From contig JAFTTR010000016.1 in NCBI GenBank assembly GCA_017466695.1, forward strand, positions 4,015 to 68,014: a DNA stretch of 64,000 nucleotides, given 5' to 3'. The DNA comes from Alphaproteobacteria bacterium (GTDB lineage: Bacteria; Pseudomonadota; Alphaproteobacteria; CAAHEQ01; UBA3637). Under the pieces are notes generated by a model, which did no database searches, was not told the origin of the DNA, and saw only the letters and a list, made by a program, of their open reading frames with translations. A program made the translations under genes and the position numbers. Below, piece after piece: positions 60,834 to 64,000 of the stretch. Position 1 is the first letter of the stretch. Each line of letters opens with the position of its first letter.

Positions 60834-62481
60834 TTTTATTAAATCACTTATGATCGCAACCGTTCTTGCAACGACGTTGTCTTTGTCTGCTTGTAATAAA
60901 TATGTCGAAAAAACAGATGCCAAAATCGAAACGATTATTGAACAAGCTGATGAGCATCTGCAGCAAGCAACTATTCCTGATTTACCTGAGACAACCGACA
61001 CTGTTCGCACAAAAGATGATATTTGGCTAGGGAACAGTAGTGTTAAAATTTCACAAGGGGATAATCTACCTCCAGAAATGGAAGAAGAAGATGCTCTTAC
61101 GCTTACAATTGCTCAAGAAGCTACATTGCCATTCATTGCAAATGAAATTGCAGAAGCGACAGGTTTGCACGTTCGCTTAGATAGTTTAAAAGCATCAGAT
61201 TCACTTCCCACCGAAACAGTTCCTGTTGACTACACAGGAACTCTTAGTGGTTTATTAGATTACGTATCAAATAGATATGGTGTTTGGTGGCGTTATAAAA
61301 ATAGAACCATCAATTTCTATACAAAAGAAACACGTATTTTCAATATCTATGCGCTTCCTGTTGAAACAAATATTTCAAACTCATTATCTGGCGCAACAAT
61401 GGGGAGCTCAGAGTCTAGTTCATCGAACGCTTCCTCATCTTTAACATCTTCAGCAAATCTTGCTTTGTGGGACAATATCGAACAAAGTTTAAAACAAATT
61501 GTTGGAGAAAATGGGGAACTTTCATTTAGCCGCGTTGCTGGAACTGTTACTATTACAGCAAGTCCTTTTGTTATTAAAGAAGCAGCTGAATGGATTAACG
61601 ACTTCAACCAAAAACTTGCTCGTCAAGTTGCCATTTCTGTGAAAGTCTTACAAGTTAATGTTTCAAATCAAGACAATTATGGTTTTGATCTTGGATTGGT
61701 CTTTAAAAACTCTGACATTCTTGGCACATTCTCAAGTGCTTATTCTTTAGGCACTGCAGATGCAGCAGGTACATTGTCAATGATGTTGTTAAAACCAGAT
61801 TCAAAATGGACAAATTCAAAAGCAATCATTCAAGCATTTTCTGTTTTAGGGAAAACAGCCTTAGTTACATCAGCAAGTGCAACAACGTTAAATAATAAAG
61901 TTGCACCAATTCAAATCACCACTCAAGAAAACTACGTAAAAGAAACAAACGTTTCAACTTCTGGTAGTGGAACCGATAGAAGTGTTGATGTTGATATGGA
62001 AACAGATACATTAAACTATGGCTTTATGATGGAAGTTTTGCCACGTATTTTAAATCATGGAAATTTAATTTTGATGTTCTCATTAAATTTAACTGATTTA
62101 GTTTCCTTGACAAACTTTAGTTCATCTGGAATTGGATCAGATGCAAATAAAGAAAAAGACGATAATTCAACTAATTCAGAAGATGAAGATGAGGATGAAA
62201 ACTCTTCTGGAGAAGATACAGCTACTGTTGTTCAATTACCAAAAATTCAAACTCGTGGATTCATTCAAGAAATTGCAATGCGTTCAGGTTCAACTCTTGT
62301 TTTAAGTGGTTTTGAGCAAGTTGGTAATTCAACAGCAACAAGTGGTATTGGTAAAGCAAAAATGGGCCTTTTAGGAGGTTCAGCAATCAGCCAAAATACA
62401 AGAGACGTCATTGTCATTTTGTTAACACCAGAAGTTTTAGAATCACCCCTTTCACCTGAAGCAAGAATGAGGGATTTTTAA
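60823..62481 (+). CDS. outer-membrane lipoprotein secretin (PilN/TcpC-like, type IVb pilus)
   Basis: Start at MQINFIK (AGGAGAA SD). Lipobox LSLSAC. Acidic Ser/Asp/Glu linker. C-terminal secretin domain TRGFIQEIAMRSGSTLVLSGFEQ ... KMGLLGGSAISQNTRDVIVILLTPEVL. Confidence 0.7.
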   Translation: MQINFIKSLMIATVLATTLSLSACNKYVEKTDAKIETIIEQADEHLQQATIPDLPETTDTVRTKDDIWLGNSSVKISQGDNLPPEMEEEDALTLTIAQEATLPFIANEIAEATGLHVRLDSLKASDSLPTETVPVDYTGTLSGLLDYVSNRYGVWWRYKNRTINFYTKETRIFNIYALPVETNISNSLSGATMGSSESSSSNASSSLTSSANLALWDNIEQSLKQIVGENGELSFSRVAGTVTITASPFVIKEAAEWINDFNQKLARQVAISVKVLQVNVSNQDNYGFDLGLVFKNSDILGTFSSAYSLGTADAAGTLSMMLLKPDSKWTNSKAIIQAFSVLGKTALVTSASATTLNNKVAPIQITTQENYVKETNVSTSGSGTDRSVDVDMETDTLNYGFMMEVLPRILNHGNLILMFSLNLTDLVSLTNFSSSGIGSDANKEKDDNSTNSEDEDEDENSSGEDTATVVQLPKIQTRGFIQEIAMRSGSTLVLSGFEQVGNSTATSGIGKAKMGLLGGSAISQNTRDVIVILLTPEVLESPLSPEARMRDF

Positions 62482-62493
62482 GGAGTTAAAATA

Positions 62494-63852
62494 ATGGTAG
62501 AGGAATATGGTGAACAACCCATTCAGTCAAATCAATTAAGTCCCTCAGTAGAGGATACCTCTCAAGGAACAGTTACCATTCGCAAAGTTAAATATGCGGT
62601 GGGTTTGATTTGGCAGCCTCTTCAAGATCCTGACAATCCTACGCCAGAAATTCGTGAGGCAATGGAAACGGATACAGATTCGGATTTATACTGTCTTCGC
62701 ATTACATCAACCCCCCAATATGGTCTTGCAAAAACATCGTTAGGACATCGTTCTGGTGAATTATCTTTGGCGGCAATGGTTGCGTCTGCTTTATCTGATA
62801 AGACATCTATTTGTGGTGTCTTTAAAGTAGAGGAAGGATGGTACTTCTTAGCAGTCAGAAATGATTTGATTCTTTCTGAAAATGACGTATTATTTAAAAC
62901 GGAACAAGAAGCTGAAGATGCTTTTTATTCTATGATGGCTGTTCCTGATTGGGATTTAAAAATTGTCCCTGCTGAATGGAAAATCGAAGGAACAGTTTCT
63001 AGAACCATTGAATCCATTGTTCGTGATGCTCGTACAAAGGTTCGTCTCGAAGAATTAGGGGCCAAAAAGAGAAACCAAGTCCTTTTATTTATCGGTATTA
63101 TTCTTGTTGTTGCCTTTGTTTTAATCTTTTATTCAATGTTAACTGTCTTTACACCGGTTATACAAACAGAAGAAAAGATTGAACCAATACCTATTCCAGA
63201 AATTATCAGACCGGTCGAACCAACCCCAGAAAAACCAAAACCTTGGGAAAAAATACCTGAAACACGTGCATTTTTAAACAAGTGCTGGAATAATGCTTAC
63301 CAATTAAAAGCATTGAATATTCCTGGGTGGAGTTTAGGAATTATTTCTTGTTCAAATACGGCTCTTGTAACATCTTGGAGCCGGGGGGATACCCGTATTT
63401 GGAAAAATCAACCTCGTATTGCGTGGATTAAATCAGCACTTAATGAATATAAATTAACTAATGTCAATTTAAAAATTAATAGTGATGGAGCTTCTGCTAA
63501 CGGACAAGTTGTTTTTTATGATATTCCACTTGTTGCTTCTGTTCCAATTTACACAGAACAACAACTGTGGGAAGAATTAACAGATATCAAGCAAGCAGCT
63601 CAACTCAATTTGACATTCCAAAGACATACGGTTTTAGATCCACCAAACAATCCTGATGGTTCAAAACCTGATCATCAACAAGAGTATGTATTTTTTGTTT
63701 TTTCAATTACGTCACCATTTACACCTTTTGAATGGATGACATTCTTTGAAAAATTTCCAGGATTAGAGTTAACAAGAATTGAGTTTAATCCATCATCAGA
63801 TACAAAAGATCAAAACAAGTGGAAGTACAATGGGAGAATCTATGCAAAATAA
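62494..63852 (+). CDS. PilO-like bitopic membrane protein of type IVb pilus cluster
   Basis: 452 aa; single central TM LLFIGIILVVAFVLIFYSMLTVF; position after the secretin gene as in pilLNOP clusters. Confidence 0.4.
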   Translation: MVEEYGEQPIQSNQLSPSVEDTSQGTVTIRKVKYAVGLIWQPLQDPDNPTPEIREAMETDTDSDLYCLRITSTPQYGLAKTSLGHRSGELSLAAMVASALSDKTSICGVFKVEEGWYFLAVRNDLILSENDVLFKTEQEAEDAFYSMMAVPDWDLKIVPAEWKIEGTVSRTIESIVRDARTKVRLEELGAKKRNQVLLFIGIILVVAFVLIFYSMLTVFTPVIQTEEKIEPIPIPEIIRPVEPTPEKPKPWEKIPETRAFLNKCWNNAYQLKALNIPGWSLGIISCSNTALVTSWSRGDTRIWKNQPRIAWIKSALNEYKLTNVNLKINSDGASANGQVVFYDIPLVASVPIYTEQQLWEELTDIKQAAQLNLTFQRHTVLDPPNNPDGSKPDHQQEYVFFVFSITSPFTPFEWMTFFEKFPGLELTRIEFNPSSDTKDQNKWKYNGRIYAK

Positions 63853-64000
63853 CACATTATCATTATTAGCCATATTAGGTTTATCAGCAGCATTTGTCAT
63901 TCAACCTGCTTTTGCACAGGAAGCAACGGATCAATCTGTTGAAAAGGCAGCTGAATCTCAATCCATTGAACAAAAAAAAGAGGAAGCATCAGCCCCACAA
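63842..64000 (+). CDS. PilP-like secreted protein, 5' fragment (continues beyond window)
   Basis: ATG overlaps the previous gene by 11 nt; signal peptide MQNNTLSLLAILGLSAAFVIQPAFA|QEA. Confidence 0.4.
   Translation, partial: MQNNTLSLLAILGLSAAFVIQPAFAQEATDQSVEKAAESQSIEQKKEEASAPQ

Noticed and set aside
58862-64000. Calling the pilus cluster an integrative conjugative element.
   Set aside because: No integrase, relaxase, T4SS genes or flanking tRNA/direct repeats inside the window. Mobility cannot be supported from what is visible.
1-64000. Assigning the window to a specific genus (Bartonella, Rickettsia, Liberibacter or Francisella were considered).
   Set aside because: GC content (about 33%) is below Bartonella/Liberibacter. 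The flhF/flhG and oadGAB content is atypical for Rickettsia. GyrA architecture argues against a gammaproteobacterium such as Francisella, but nothing is decisive without database searches. Left as probable alphaproteobacterium.

Overview
Summary: a 64-kb chromosomal window of an AT-rich (about 32-34% GC) Gram-negative bacterium, gene-dense, with about 65 coding genes, one tRNA and no rRNA, CRISPR, transposase or integrase. Lineage: GyrA length (929 aa, with an insertion in the C-terminal domain plus an acidic tail), the RF2 N-terminus, and PrmA/TrpS sizes fit an alphaproteobacterium best, possibly a host-associated lineage. I cannot resolve genus from sequence alone. Housekeeping backbone: prmA, gyrA, ssb, trpS, prfB (with the conserved +1 programmed frameshift, which the ORF track splits), mrcA (PBP1A), secA, recG, sdaA, dgkA, an msbA-like ABC exporter, pit with its DUF47 partner, and an AsmA-like giant protein. 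Metabolic modules: (1) a Na+-translocating oxaloacetate decarboxylase operon oadG-oadA-oadB; the small oadG is missing from the ORF track. (2) Nucleoside salvage genes: a PfkB kinase, a HAD hydrolase and a PRTase with overlapping reading frames, plus nupC, an IU-nucleoside hydrolase and a LOG-family gene. Systems worth a second look: (a) a CMP-sialic acid synthetase (neuA) convergent with a signal-anchored 544-aa protein carrying the D/E-D/E-G, HP and SS motifs of GT80/GT52 sialyltransferases, a candidate surface-sialylation module. (b) A three-gene ATP-grasp / 7TM-inactive-transglutaminase / retropepsin-like protease cassette (computationally predicted peptide-modification system; to my knowledge no experimentally assigned function). 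(c) A membrane-anchored FliG middle+C-domain protein followed by flhF and flhG with no other flagellar genes in 64 kb. (d) An orphan type IV pilin immediately after secA. (e) An Hpt-OmpR-EnvZ-like signalling operon directly upstream of a type IVb pilus cluster (TcpQ/PilL-like lipoprotein, lipoprotein secretin PilN-like, PilO-like, PilP-like) that runs off the window end. (f) Two tandem paralogous basic small proteins wedged between mrcA and prfB. (g) A small islet (XRE regulator, membrane protein, HNH endonuclease translationally coupled to recG). Method limits: all calls come from reading the six-frame translations and the raw sequence by eye. No database search, HMM or folding was run.
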